Assembly (NCBI GenBank): GCA_964057225.1
Contig: OZ059894.1
Coordinates: forward strand, 23,374,001 to 23,438,000
DNA: 64,000 bases
Source: Auanema rhodensis
Lineage: Eukaryota > Animalia > Nematoda
Reading direction: 5' to 3'
Part shown: piece after piece, positions 10,737-25,696 of the stretch
Position numbering within the stretch: position 1 is the stretch's first letter
Layout: each line of letters opens with the position of its first letter
Notes under the pieces: model-generated
Database searches by the model: none
The model's input: only the letters and a program-made list of their open reading frames with translations
What the model was told of the DNA's origin: nothing
Program-made: the position numbers and the translations under genes

Positions 10737-13700
10737 ATATTAGTCTAAAAACAAATTTTTATTGATATTGGTTCATGGTAACCATGACTTTGAAATTTAA
10801 GTGAACTTTAATTTATGCTAATTAAATGTACACGTGATGTGCACTTGGTATGTAACTCGCTTCACGTAAAAGATAAAGAGATGCGGTTTTCAAAATTAGA
10901 TTCCCCATGTCCATATTAGTCTAAAAACAAATTTTTATTGATATTGGTGCATGGTAACCATGACTTTGAAATTTACGTGAACTTTAATTTATGCTAATTA
11001 AATGTACACGTGATGTGCACTTGGTATGTAACTCGCTTCACGTGACAGATAAAGAGATGCGGTTTTCAAAATTAGATTCCCCATGTCCATATTAGTCTAA
11101 AAACAAATTTTTATTGATATTGGTGCATGGTAACCATGACTTTGAAATTTACGTGAACTTCAATTTATGCTAATTAAATGTACACGTGATGTGCACTTGG
11201 TATGTAACTCGCTTCACGTGAAAGATAAAGAGATGCGGTTTTCAAAATTAGATTCCCCATGTCCATATTAGTCTAAAAACAAATTTTTATTGATATTGGT
11301 TCATGGTAACCATGACTTTGAAATTTAAGTGAACTTTAATTTATGCTAATTAAATGTACACGTGATGTACACTTGGTATGTAACTCGCTTCACGTGAAAG
11401 ATAAAGAGATGCGGTTTTCAAAATTAGATTCCCCATGTCCATATTAGTCTAAAAACAAATTTTTATTGATATTGGTTCATGGTAACCATGACTTTGAAAC
11501 TTACGTGAACTTTAATTTATGCTAACTAAATGTACACGTGATGTGCACTTGGTATGTAACTCGCTTCACGTGAAAGATAAAGAGATGCGGTTTTCAAAAT
11601 TAGATTCCCCATGTCCATATTAGTTTACAAACAAATTTTTATTGATATTGGTGCATGGTAACCATGACTTTGAAATTTACGTGAACTTTAATTTATGCTA
11701 ATTAAATGTACACGTGATGTGCACTTGGTATGTAACTCGCTTCACGTGGAAGATATAAAGATGCGGTTTCCAAAATTAGATTCCCCATGTCCATATTAGT
11801 CTAAAAACAAATTTTTATTGATATTGGTGCATGGTAACCATGACTTTGAAATTTAAGTGAACTTTAATTTATGCTAATTAAATGTACACGTGATGTGCAC
11901 TTAGTATGTAACTCGCTTCACGTGAAAGATAAAGAGATGCGGTTTTCAAAATTAGATTCCCCATGTCCATATTAGTCTAAAAACAAATTTTTATTGATAT
12001 TGGTTCATGGTAACCATGACTTTGAAACTTACGTGAACTTTAATTTATGCTAATTAAATGTACACGTGATGTGCACTTGGTATGTAACTCGCTTCACGTG
12101 AAAGATAAAGAGATGCGGTTTTCAAAATTAGATTCCCCATGTCCATATTAGTCTAAAAACAAATTTTTATTGATATTGGTGCATCGTAACCATGACTTTG
12201 AAATTTACGTGAACTTTAATTTATGCTAATTAAATGTACACGTGATGTGCACTTGGTATGTAACTCGCTTCACGTGAAAGATAAAGAGATGCGGTTTTCA
12301 AAATTAGATTCCCCATGTCCATATTAGTCTAAAAACAAATTTTTATTGATATTGGTTCATGGTAACCATGACTTTGAAATTTACGTGAACTTTAATTTAT
12401 GCTAATTAAATGTACACGTGATGTGCACTTGGTATGTAACTCGCTTCACGTGAAAGATAAAGAGATGCGGTTTTCAAAATTAGATTCCCCATGTCCATAT
12501 TAGTCTAAAAACAAATTTTTATTGATATTGGTTCATGGTAACCATGACTTTGAAATTTACGTGAACTTTAATTTATGCTAATTAAATGTACACGTGATGT
12601 GCACTTGGTATGTAACTCGCTTCACGTGAAAGATAAAGAGATGCGGTTTTCAAAATTAGACTCCTCATGTCCATATTAGTTTAAAAACAAATTTTTATTG
12701 ATATTGGTGCATGGTAACCATGACTTTGAAATTTACGTGAACTTTAATTTATGCTAATTAAATGTACACGTGATGTGCACTTGGTATGTAACTCGCTTCA
12801 CGTGAAAGATAAAGAGATGCGGTTTTCAAAATTAGATTCCCCATGTTCATATTAGTCTAAAAACAAATTTTTATTGATATTGGTGCATGGTAACCATGAC
12901 TCTGAAATTTACGTGAACTTTAATTTATGCTAATTAAATGTACACGTGATGTTCACTGGGTATGTAACTCGCTTCACGTGAAAGATAAAGAGATGCGGTT
13001 TTCAAAATTAGATTCCCCATGTCCATATTAGTCTAAAAACAAATTTTTATTGATATTGGTTCATGGTAACCATGACTTTGAAATTTAAGTGAACTTTAAT
13101 TTATGCTAATTAAATGTACACGTGATGTGCACTTGGTATGTAACTCGCTTCACGTAAAAGATAAAGAGATGCGGTTTTCAAAATTAGATTCCCCATGTCC
13201 ATATTAGTCTAAAAACAAATTTTTATTGATATTGGTGCATGGTAACCATGACTTTGAAATTTACGTGAACTTTAATTTATGCTAATTAAATGTACACGTG
13301 ATGTGCACTTGGTATGTAACTCGCTTCACGTGACAGATAAAGAGATGCGGTTTTCAAAATTAGATTCCCCATGTCCATATTAGTCTAAAAACAAATTTTT
13401 ATTGATATTGGTGCATGGTAACCATGACTTTGAAATTTACGTGAACTTCAATTTATGCTAATTAAATGTACACGTGATGTGCACTTGGTATGTAACTCGC
13501 TTCACGTGAAAGATAAAGAGATGCGGTTTTCAAAATTAGATTCCCCATGTCCATATTAGTCTAAAAACAAATTTTTATTGATATTGGTTCATGGTAACCA
13601 TGACTTTGAAATTTAAGTGAACTTTAATTTATGCTAATTAAATGTACACGTGATGTACACTTGGTATGTAACTCGCTTCACGTGAAAGATAAAGAGATGC

Positions 13701-15312
13701 GGTTTTCAAAATTAGATTCCCCATGTCCATATTAGTCTAAAAACAAATTTTTATTGATATTGGTTCATGGTAACCATGACTTTGAAACTTACGTGAACTT
13801 TAATTTATGCTAACTAAATGTACACGTGATGTGCACTTGGTATGTAACTCGCTTCACGTGAAAGATAAAGAGATGCGGTTTTCAAAATTAGATTCCCCAT
13901 GTCCATATTAGTTTAAAAACAAATTTTTATTGATATTGGTGCATGGTAACCATGACTTTGAAATTTACGTGAACTTTAATTTATGCTAATTAAATGTACA
14001 CGTGATGTGCACTTGGTATGTAACTCGCTTCACGTGGAAGATATAAAGATGCGGTTTCCAAAATTAGATTCCCCATGTCCATATTAGTCTAAAAACAAAT
14101 TTTTATTGATATTGGTGCATGGTAACCATGACTTTGAAATTTAAGTGAACTTTAATTTATGCTAATTAAATGTACACGTGATGTGCACTTAGTATGTAAC
14201 TCGCTTCACGTGAAAGATAAAGAGATGCGGTTTTCAAAATTAGATTCCCCATGTCCATATTAGTCTAAAAACAAATTTTTATTGATATTGGTTCATGGTA
14301 ACCATGACTTTGAAACTTACGTGAACTTTAATTTATGCTAATTAAATGTACACGTGATGTGCACTTGGTATGTAACTCGCTTCACGTGAAAGATAAAGAG
14401 ATGCGGTTTTCAAAATTAGATTCCCCATGTCCATATTAGTCTAAAAACAAATTTTTATTGATATTGGTGCATCGTAACCATGACTTTGAAATTTACGTGA
14501 ACTTTAATTTATGCTAATTAAATGTACACGTGATGTGCACTTGGTATGTAACTCGCTTCACGTGAAAGATAAAGAGATGCGGTTTTCAAAATTAGATTCC
14601 CCATGTCCATATTAGTCTAAAAACAAATTTTTATTGATATTGGTTCATGGTAACCATGACTTTGAAATTTACGTGAACTTTAATTTATGCTAATTAAATG
14701 TACACGTGATGTGCACTTGGTATGTAACTCGCTTCACGTGAAAGATAAAGAGATGCGGTTTTCAAAATTAGATTCCCCATGTCCATATTAGTCTAAAAAC
14801 AAATTTTTATTGATATTGGTTCATGGTAACCATGACTTTGAAATTTACGTGAACTTTAATTTATGCTAATTAAATGTACACGTGATGTGCACTTGGTATG
14901 TAACTCGCTTCACGTGAAAGATAAAGAGATGCGGTTTTCAAAATTAGACTCCTCATGTCCATATTAGTTTAAAAACAAATTTTTATTGATATTGGTGCAT
15001 GGTAACCATGACTTTGAAATTTACGTGAACTTTAATTTATGCTAATTAAATGTACACGTGATGTGCACTTGGTATGTAACTCGCTTCACGTGAAAGATAA
15101 AGAGATGCGGTTTTCAAAATTAGATTCCCCATGTTCATATTAGTCTAAAAACAAATTTTTATTGATATTGGTGCATGGTAACCATGACTCTGAAATTTAC
15201 GTGAACTTTAATTTATGCTAATTAAATGTACACGTGATGTTCACTGGGTATGTAACTCGCTTCACGTGAAAGATAAAGAGATGCGGTTTTCAAAATTAGA
15301 TTCCCCATGTCC
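10737..15312. repeat. Near-perfect tandem duplication of a 13-monomer unit (2288 bp): 10737-13024 and 13025-15312
   Basis: Rare markers (CACGTAAA, GACAG, TTCAAT, GATGTAC, GCTAACT, TGGAAGATATAAAG, CATCG, GACTCCTC, GTTCACTGGG) recur at +2288. The only difference seen is TTTACAA (11628) vs TTTAAAA. Confidence 0.92.
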
Positions 15313-18300
15313 ATATTAGTCTAAAAACAAATTTTTATTGATATTGGTTCATGGTAACCATGTCTTTGAAATTTACGTGAACTTTAATTTATGCTAATTA
15401 AATGTACACGTGATGTGCACTTGGTATGTAACTCGCTTCACGTGAAAGATAAAGAGATGCGGTTTTCAAAATTAGATTCCCCATGTCCATATTAGTCTAA
15501 AAACAAATTTTTATTGATATTGGTGCATGGTAACCATGACTTTGAAATTTACGTGAACTTTAATTTATGCTAATTAAATGTACACGTGATGTGCACTTGG
15601 TATGTAACTCGCTTCACGTGAAAGATAAAGAGATGCGGTTTTCAAAATTAGATTCCCCATGTCCATATTAGTCTAAAAACAAATTTTTATTGATATTGGT
15701 GCATGGTAACCATGACTTTGGAATTTACGTGAACTTTAATTTATGCTAATTAAATGTACACGTGATGTGCACTTGGTATGTAACTCGCTTCACGTGAAAG
15801 ATAAAGAGATGCGGTTTTCAAAATTAGATTCCCCATGTCCATATTAGTCTAAAAACAAATTTTTATTGATATTGGTTCATGGTAACCATGACTTTGAAAT
15901 TTACGTGAACTTTAATTTATGCTAATTAAATGTACACGTGATGTGCACTTGGTATGTAACTCGCTTCACGTGAAAGATAAAGAGATGCGGTTTTCACAAT
16001 TAGATTCCCCATGTCCATATTAGTTTAAAAACAAATTTTTATTGATATTGGTGCATGGTAACCATGACTTTGGAATTTACGTGAACTTTAATTTATGCTA
16101 ATTAAATGTACACGTGATGTGCACTTGGTATGTAACTCGCTTCACGTGAAAGATAAAAAGATGCGGTTTTCAAAATTAGATTCCCCATGTCCATATTAGT
16201 CTAAAAACAAATTTTTATTGATATTGGTTCATGGTAACCATGACTTTGAAATTTACGTGAACTTTAATTTATGCTAATTAAATGTACACGTGATGTGCAC
16301 TTGGTATGTAACTCGCTTCACGTGAAAGATAAAGAGATGCGGTTTTCAAAATTAGATTCCCCATGTCCATATTAGTTTAAAAACAAATTTTTATTGATAT
16401 TGGTGCATGGTAACCATGACTTTGGAATTTACGTGAACTTTAATTTATGCTAATTAAATGTACACGTGATGTGCACTTGGTATGTAACTCGCTTCACGTG
16501 AAAGATAAAGAGATGCGGTTTTCAAAATTAGATTCCCCATGTCCATCTTAGTCTAAAAACGAATTTTTATTGATATTGGTGCATGGTAATCATGACTTTG
16601 AAATTTACGTGAACTTTAGTTTATGCTAATTAAATGTACACGTGATGTGCACTTGGTATGTAACTCGCTTCACGTGAAAGATAAAGAGATGCGGTTTCCA
16701 AGATTAGATACCCCATGTCCATATTAGTCTAAAAACAAATTTTTATTGATATTGGTTCATGGTAACCATGACTTTGAAATTTACGTGAACTTTAATTTAT
16801 GCTAATTAAATGTACACGTGATGTGCACTTGGTATGTAACTCGCTTCACGTGAAAGATAAAGAGATGCGGTTTTCACAATTAGATTCCCCATGTCCATAT
16901 TAGTTTAAAAACAAATTTTTATTGATATTGGTGCATGGTAACCATGACTTTGAAATTTACGTGAACTTTAATTTATGCTAATTAAATGTACACGTGATGT
17001 GCACTTGGTATGTAACTCGCTTCACGTGAAAGATAAAAAGATGCGGTTTTCAAAATTAGATTCCCCATGTCCATATTAGTCTAAAAACAAATTTTTATTG
17101 ATATTGGTTCATGGTAACCATGTCTTTGAAATTTACGTGAACTTTAATTTATGCTAATTAAATGTACACGTGATGTGCACTTGGTATGTAACTCGCTTTA
17201 CGTGAAAGATAAAGAGATGCGGTTTTCAAAATTAGATTCCCCATGTCCATATTAGTCTAAAAACAAATTTTTATTGATATTGGTTCATGGTAACCATGTC
17301 TTTGAAATTTACGTGAACTTTAATTTATGCTAAGTAAATGTACACGTGATGTGCACTTGGTATGTAACTCGCTTCACGTGAAAGATAAAGAGATGCGGTT
17401 TTCAAAATTAGATTTCCCATGTCCATATTAGTCTAAAAACAAATTTTTATTGATATTGGTGCATGGTAACCATGACTTTGAAATTTACGTGAACTTTAAT
17501 TTATGCTAATTAAATGTACACGTGATGTGCACTTGGTATGTAACTCGCTTCACGTGAAAGATAAAGAGATGCGGTTTTCAAAATTAGATTCCCCATGTCC
17601 ATATTAGTCTAAAAACAAATTTTTATTGATATTGGTTCATGGTAACCATGACTTTGAAATTTACGTGAACTTTAATTTATGCTAATTAAATGTACACGTG
17701 ATGTGCACTTGGTATGTAACTCGCTTCAAGTGAAAGATAAAGAGATGCGGTTTTCAACATTAGATTCCCCATGTCCATATTAGTCTAAAAACGAATTTTT
17801 ATTGATATTGGTGCATGGTAACCATGACTTTGAAATTTACGTGAACTTTAGTTTATGCTAATTAAATGTACACGTGATGTGCACTTGGTATGTAACTCGC
17901 TTCACGTGAAAAATAAAGAGATGCGGTTTTCAAAATTAGATTCCCCATGTCCATTTTAGTCTAAAAACGAATTTTTATTGATATTGGTTCATGGTAACCA
18001 TGACTTTGAAATTTACGTGAACTTTAATTTATGCTAATTGAATGTACACGTGATGTGCACTTGGTATGTAACTCGCTTCACGTGAAAGATAAAGAGATGC
18101 GGTTTTCAAAATTAGATTCCCCATGTCCATATTAGTCTAAAAACAAATTTTTATTGATATTGGTGCATGGTAACCATGACTTTGAAATTTACGTGAACTT
18201 TAATTTATGCTAATTAAATGTACACGTGATGTGCACTTGGTATGTAACTCGCTTCACGTGAAAGATAAAGAGATGCGGTTTTCAAAATTAGATTCCCCAT

Positions 18301-21300
18301 GTCCATATTAGTCTAAAAACAAATTTTTATTGATATTGGTTCATGGTAACCATGTCTTTGAAATTTACGTGAACTTTAATTTATGCTAATTAAATGTACA
18401 CGTGATGTGCACTTGGTATGTAACTCGCTTCACGTGAAAGATAAAGAGATGCGGTTTTCAAAATTAGATTCCCCATGTCCATATTAGTTTAAAAACAAAT
18501 TTTTATTGATATTGGTTCATGGTAACCATGACTTTGAAATTTACGTGAACTTTAATTTATGCTAATTAAATGTACACGTGATGTGCACTTGGTATGTAAC
18601 TCGCTTCACGTGAAAGATAAAGAGATGCGGTTTTCAAAATTAGATTCCCCATGTCCATATTAGTTTAAAAACAAATTTTTATTGATATTGGTGCATGGTA
18701 ACCATGACTTTGGAATTTACGTGAACTTTAATTTATGCTAATTAAATGTACACGTGATGTGCACTTGGTATGTAACTCGCTTCACGTGAAAGATAAAGAG
18801 ATGCGGTTTTCAAAATTAGATTCCCCATGTCCATATTAGTCTAAAAACAAATTTTTATTGAAATTGGTTCATGGTAACCATGTCTTTGAAATTTACGTGA
18901 ACTTTAATTTATGCTAATTAAATGTACACGTGATGTGCACTTGGTATGTAATTCGCTTCACGTGAAAGATAAAGAGATGCGGTTTTCAAAATTAGATTCC
19001 CAATGTCCATATTAGTCTAAAAACAAATTTTTATTGATATTGGTTCATGGTAACCATGACTTTGAAATTTACGTGAACTTTAATTTATGCTAATTAAATG
19101 TACACGTGATGTGCACTTGGTATGTAACTCGCTTCACGTGAAAGATAAAGAGATGCGGTTTTCAAAATTAGATTCCCCATGTCCATATTAATCTAAAAAC
19201 AAATTTTTATTGATATTGGTGCATGATAACCATGACTTTGAAATTTACGTGAACTTTAATTTATGCTAATTAAATGTACACGTGATGTGCACTCGGTATG
19301 TAACTCGCTTCACATGAAAGATAAAGAGATGCGGTTTTCAAAATTAGATTCCCCATGTCCATATTAGTCTAAAAACAAATTTTTATTGATATTGGTGCAT
19401 GGTAACCATGACTTTGAAATTTACGTGAACTTTAATTTATGCTAATTAAATGTACACGTGATGTGCACTTTGTATGTAACTCGCTTCACGTGAAAGATAA
19501 AGAGATGCGGTTTTCAAAATTAGATTGCCCATGTCCATATTAGTCTAAAAACAAATTTTTATCGATATTGGTTCATGGTAACCATGACTTTGAAATTTAC
19601 GTGAACTTTAATTTATGCTAATTAAATGTACACGTGATGTGCACTTGGTATGTAACTCGCTTCACGTGAAAGATAAAGAGATGCGGTTTTCAAAATTAGA
19701 TTCCCCATGTCCATATTAGTCTAAAAACAAATTTTTATTGATATTGGTTCATGGTAACCATGACTTTGAAATTTACGTGAACTTTAATTTATGCTAATTA
19801 AATGTACACGTGATGTGCACTTGGTATGTAACTCGCTTCACGTGACAGATAAAGAGATGCGGTTTTCAAAATTAGATTCCCCATGTCCATATTAGTCTAA
19901 AAACAAATTTTTATTGAAATTGGTTCATGGTAACCATGTCTTTGAAATTTACGTGAACTTTAATTTATGCTAATTAAATGTACACGTGATGTGCACTTGG
20001 TATGTAACTCGCTTCACGTGAAAGATAAAGAGATGCGGTTTTCAAAATTAGATTTCCCATGTCCATATTAGTCTAAAAACAAATTTTTATTGATATTGGT
20101 TCATGGTAACCATGACTTTGAAATTTACGTGAACTTTAATTTATGCTAATTAAATGTACACGTGATGTGCACTTGGTATGTAACTCGCTTCACGTGAAAG
20201 ATAAAGAGATGCGGTTTTCAAAATTAGATTCCCCATGTCCATATTAGTTTAAAAACAAATTTTTATTGATATTGGTGCATGGTAACCATGACTTTGAAAT
20301 TTACGTGAACTTTAATTTATGCTAATTAAATGTACACGTGATGTGCACTTGGTATGTAACTCGCTTCACGTGGAAGATATAAAGATGCGGTTTCCAAAAT
20401 TAGATTCCCCATGTCCATATTAGTCTAAAAACAAATTTTTATTGATATTGGTGCATGGTAACCATGACTTTGAAATTTAAGTGAACTTTAATTTATGCTA
20501 ATTAAATGTACACGTGATGTGCACTTAGTATGTAACTCGCTTCACGTGAAAGATAAAGAGATGCGGTTTTCAAAATTAGATTCCCCATGTCCATATTAGT
20601 CTAAAAACAAATTTTTATTGATATTGGTTCATGGTAACCATGACTTTGAAACTTACGTGAACTTTAATTTATGCTAATTAAATGTACACGTGATGTGCAC
20701 TTGGTATGTAACTCGCTTCACGTGAAAGATAAAGAGATGCGGTTTTCAAAATTAGATTCCCCATGTCCATATTAGTCTAAAAACAAATTTTTATTGATAT
20801 TGGTGCATCGTAACCATGACTTTGAAATTTACGTGAACTTTAATTTATGCTAATTAAATGTACACGTGATGTGCACTTGGTATGTAACTCGCTTCACGTG
20901 AAAGATAAAGAGATGCGGTTTTCAAAATTAGATTCCCCATGTCCATATTAGTCTAAAAACAAATTTTTATTGATATTGGTTCATGGTAACCATGACTTTG
21001 AAATTTACGTGAACTTTAATTTATGCTAATTAAATGTACACGTGATGTGCACTTGGTATGTAACTCGCTTCACGTGAAAGACAAAGAGATGCGGTTTTCA
21101 AAATTAGATTCCCCATGTCCATATTAGTCTAAAAACAAATTTTTATTGATATTGGTTCATGGTAACCATGACTTTGAAATTTACGTGAACTTTAATTTAT
21201 GCTAATTAAATGTACACGTGATGTGCACTTGGTATGTAACTCGCTTCACGTGAAAGATAAAGAGATGCGGTTTTCAAAATTAGACTCCTCATGTCCATAT

Positions 21301-24300
21301 TAGTTTAAAAACAAATTTTTATTGATATTGGTGCATGGTAACCATGACTTTGAAATTTACGTGAACTTTAATTTATGCTAATTAAATGTACACGTGATGT
21401 GCACTTGGTATGTAACTCGCTTCACGTGAAAGATAAAGAGATGCGGTTTTCAAAATTAGATTCCCCATGTTCATATTAGTCTAAAAACAAATTTTTATTG
21501 ATATTGGTGCATGGTAACCATGACTCTGAAATTTACGTGAACTTTAATTTATGCTAATTAAATGTACACGTGATGTTCACTGGGTATGTAACTCGCTTCA
21601 CGTGAAAGATAAAGAGATGCGGTTTTCAAAATTAGATTCCCCATGTCCATATTAGTCTAAAAACAAATTTTTATTGATATTGGTTCATGGTAACCATGTC
21701 TTTGAAATTTACGTGAACTTTAATTTATGCTAATTAAATGTACACGTGATGTGCACTTGGTATGTAACTCGCTTCACGTGAAAGATAAAGAGATGCGGTT
21801 TTCAAAATTAGATTCCCCATGTCCATATTAGTCTAAAAACAAATTTTTATTGATATTGGTGCATGGTAACCATGACTTTGAAATTTACGTGAACTTTAAT
21901 TTATGCTAATTAAATGTACACGTGATGTGCACTTGGTATGTAACTCGCTTCACGTGAAAGATAAAGAGATGCGGTTTTCAAAATTAGATTCCCCATGTCC
22001 ATATTAGTCTAAAAACAAATTTTTATTGATATTGGTGCATGGTAACCATGACTTTGGAATTTACGTGAACTTTAATTTATGCTAATTAAATGTACACGTG
22101 ATGTGCACTTGGTATGTAACTCGCTTCACGTGAAAGATAAAGAGATGCGGTTTTCAAAATTAGATTCCCCATGTCCATATTAGTCTAAAAACAAATTTTT
22201 ATTGATATTGGTTCATGGTAACCATGACTTTGAAATTTACGTGAACTTTAATTTATGCTAATTAAATGTACACGTGATGTGCACTTGGTATGTAACTCGC
22301 TTCACGTGAAAGATAAAGAGATGCGGTTTTCAAAATTAGATTCCCCATGTCCATCTTAGTCTAAAAACGAATTTTTATTGATATTGGTGCATGGTAATCA
22401 TGACTTTGAAATTTACGTGAACTTTAGTTTATGCTAATTAAATGTACACGTGATGTGCACTTGGTATGTAACTCGCTTCACGTGAAAGATAAAGAGATGC
22501 GGTTTCCAAGATTAGATACCCCATGTCCATATTAGTCTAAAAACAAATTTTTATTGATATTGGTTCATGGTAACCATGACTTTGAAATTTACGTGAACTT
22601 TAATTTATGCTAATTAAATGTACACGTGATGTGCACTTGGTATGTAACTCGCTTCACGTGAAAGATAAAGAGATGCGGTTTTCACAATTAGATTCCCCAT
22701 GTCCATATTAGTTTAAAAACAAATTTTTATTGATATTGGTGCATGGTAACCATGACTTTGAAATTTACGTGAACTTTAATTTATGCTAATTAAATGTACA
22801 CGTGATGTGCACTTGGTATGTAACTCGCTTCACGTGAAAGATAAAAAGATGCGGTTTTCAAAATTAGATTCCCCATGTCCATATTAGTCTAAAAACAAAT
22901 TTTTATTGATATTGGTTCATGGTAACCATGTCTTTGAAATTTACGTGAACTTTAATTTATGCTAATTAAATGTACACGTGATGTGCACTTGGTATGTAAC
23001 TCGCTTTACGTGAAAGATAAAGAGATGCGGTTTTCAAAATTAGATTCCCCATGTCCATATTAGTCTAAAAACAAATTTTTATTGATATTGGTTCATGGTA
23101 ACCATGTCTTTGAAATTTACGTGAACTTTAATTTATGCTAAGTAAATGTACACGTGATGTGCACTTGGTATGTAACTCGCTTCACGTGAAAGATAAAGAG
23201 ATGCGGTTTTCAAAATTAGATTTCCCATGTCCATATTAGTCTAAAAACAAATTTTTATTGATATTGGTGCATGGTAACCATGACTTTGAAATTTACGTGA
23301 ACTTTAGTTTATGCTAATTAAATGTACACGTGATGTGCACTTGGTATGTAACTCGCTTCACGTGAAAAATAAAGAGATGCGGTTTTCAAAATTAGATTCC
23401 CCATGTCCATTTTAGTCTAAAAACGAATTTTTATTGATATTGGTTCATGGTAACCATGACTTTGAAATTTACGTGAACTTTAATTTATGCTAATTGAATG
23501 TACACGTGATGTGCACTTGGTATGTAACTCGCTTCACGTGAAAGATAAAGAGATGCGGTTTTCAAAATTAGATTCCCCATGTCCATATTAGTCTAAAAAC
23601 AAATTTTTATTGATATTGGTGCATGGTAACCATGACTTTGAAATTTACGTGAACTTTAATTTATGCTAATTAAATGTACACGTGATGTGCACTTGGTATG
23701 TAACTCGCTTCACGTGAAAGATAAAGAGATGCGGTTTTCAAAATTAGATTCCCCATGTCCATATTAGTCTAAAAACAAATTTTTATTGATATTGGTTCAT
23801 GGTAACCATGTCTTTGAAATTTACGTGAACTTTAATTTATGCTAATTAAATGTACACGTGATGTGCACTTGGTATGTAACTCGCTTCACGTGAAAGATAA
23901 AGAGATGCGGTTTTCAAAATTAGATTCCCCATGTCCATATTAGTTTAAAAACAAATTTTTATTGATATTGGTTCATGGTAACCATGACTTTGAAATTTAC
24001 GTGAACTTTAATTTATGCTAATTAAATGTACACGTGATGTGCACTTGGTATGTAACTCGCTTCACGTGAAAGATAAAGAGATGCGGTTTTCAAAATTAGA
24101 TTCCCCATGTCCATATTAGTTTAAAAACAAATTTTTATTGATATTGGTGCATGGTAACCATGACTTTGGAATTTACGTGAACTTTAATTTATGCTAATTA
24201 AATGTACACGTGATGTGCACTTGGTATGTAACTCGCTTCACGTGAAAGATAAAGAGATGCGGTTTTCAAAATTAGATTCCCCATGTCCATATTAGTCTAA

Positions 24301-25696
24301 AAACAAATTTTTATTGAAATTGGTTCATGGTAACCATGTCTTTGAAATTTACGTGAACTTTAATTTATGCTAATTAAATGTACACGTGATGTGCACTTGG
24401 TATGTAATTCGCTTCACGTGAAAGATAAAGAGATGCGGTTTTCAAAATTAGATTCCCAATGTCCATATTAGTCTAAAAACAAATTTTTATTGATATTGGT
24501 TCATGGTAACCATGACTTTGAAATTTACGTGAACTTTAATTTATGCTAATTAAATGTACACGTGATGTGCACTTGGTATGTAACTCGCTTCACGTGAAAG
24601 ATAAAGAGATGCGGTTTTCAAAATTAGATTCCCCATGTCCATATTAATCTAAAAACAAATTTTTATTGATATTGGTGCATGATAACCATGACTTTGAAAT
24701 TTACGTGAACTTTAATTTATGCTAATTAAATGTACACGTGATGTGCACTCGGTATGTAACTCGCTTCACATGAAAGATAAAGAGATGCGGTTTTCAAAAT
24801 TAGATTCCCCATGTCCATATTAGTCTAAAAACAAATTTTTATTGATATTGGTGCATGGTAACCATGACTTTGAAATTTACGTGAACTTTAATTTATGCTA
24901 ATTAAATGTACACGTGATGTGCACTTTGTATGTAACTCGCTTCACGTGAAAGATAAAGAGATGCGGTTTTCAAAATTAGATTGCCCATGTCCATATTAGT
25001 CTAAAAACAAATTTTTATCGATATTGGTTCATGGTAACCATGACTTTGAAATTTACGTGAACTTTAATTTATGCTAATTAAATGTACACGTGATGTGCAC
25101 TTGGTATGTAACTCGCTTCACGTGAAAGATAAAGAGATGCGGTTTTCAAAATTAGATTCCCCATGTCCATATTAGTCTAAAAACAAATTTTTATTGATAT
25201 TGGTTCATGGTAACCATGACTTTGAAATTTACGTGAACTTTAATTTATGCTAATTAAATGTACACGTGATGTGCACTTGGTATGTAACTCGCTTCACGTG
25301 ACAGATAAAGAGATGCGGTTTTCAAAATTAGATTCCCCATGTCCATATTAGTCTAAAAACAAATTTTTATTGAAATTGGTTCATGGTAACCATGTCTTTG
25401 AAATTTACGTGAACTTTAATTTATGCTAATTAAATGTACACGTGATGTGCACTTGGTATGTAACTCGCTTCACGTGAAAGATAAAGAGATGCGGTTTTCA
25501 AAATTAGATTTCCCATGTCCATATTAGTCTAAAAACAAATTTTTATTGATATTGGTTCATGGTAACCATGACTTTGAAATTTATGTGAACTTTAATTTAT
25601 GCTAATTAAATGTACACGTGATGTGCACTTGGTATGTAACTCGCTTCACGTGAAAGATAAAGAGATGCGGTTTTCAAAATTAGATTCCCCATGTCC
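13905..25696. repeat. Tandem duplication of a 36-monomer block (13905-20240); second copy 31 monomers (20241-25696)
   Basis: Marker offsets step from 6336 bp (TGGAAGATATAAAG monomers 13905/20241) to 5808 bp (divergent monomer 16545/22353) to 5456 bp (17953/23409 through 19889/25345), i.e. whole-monomer differences of 3 and 2. Confidence 0.88.
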
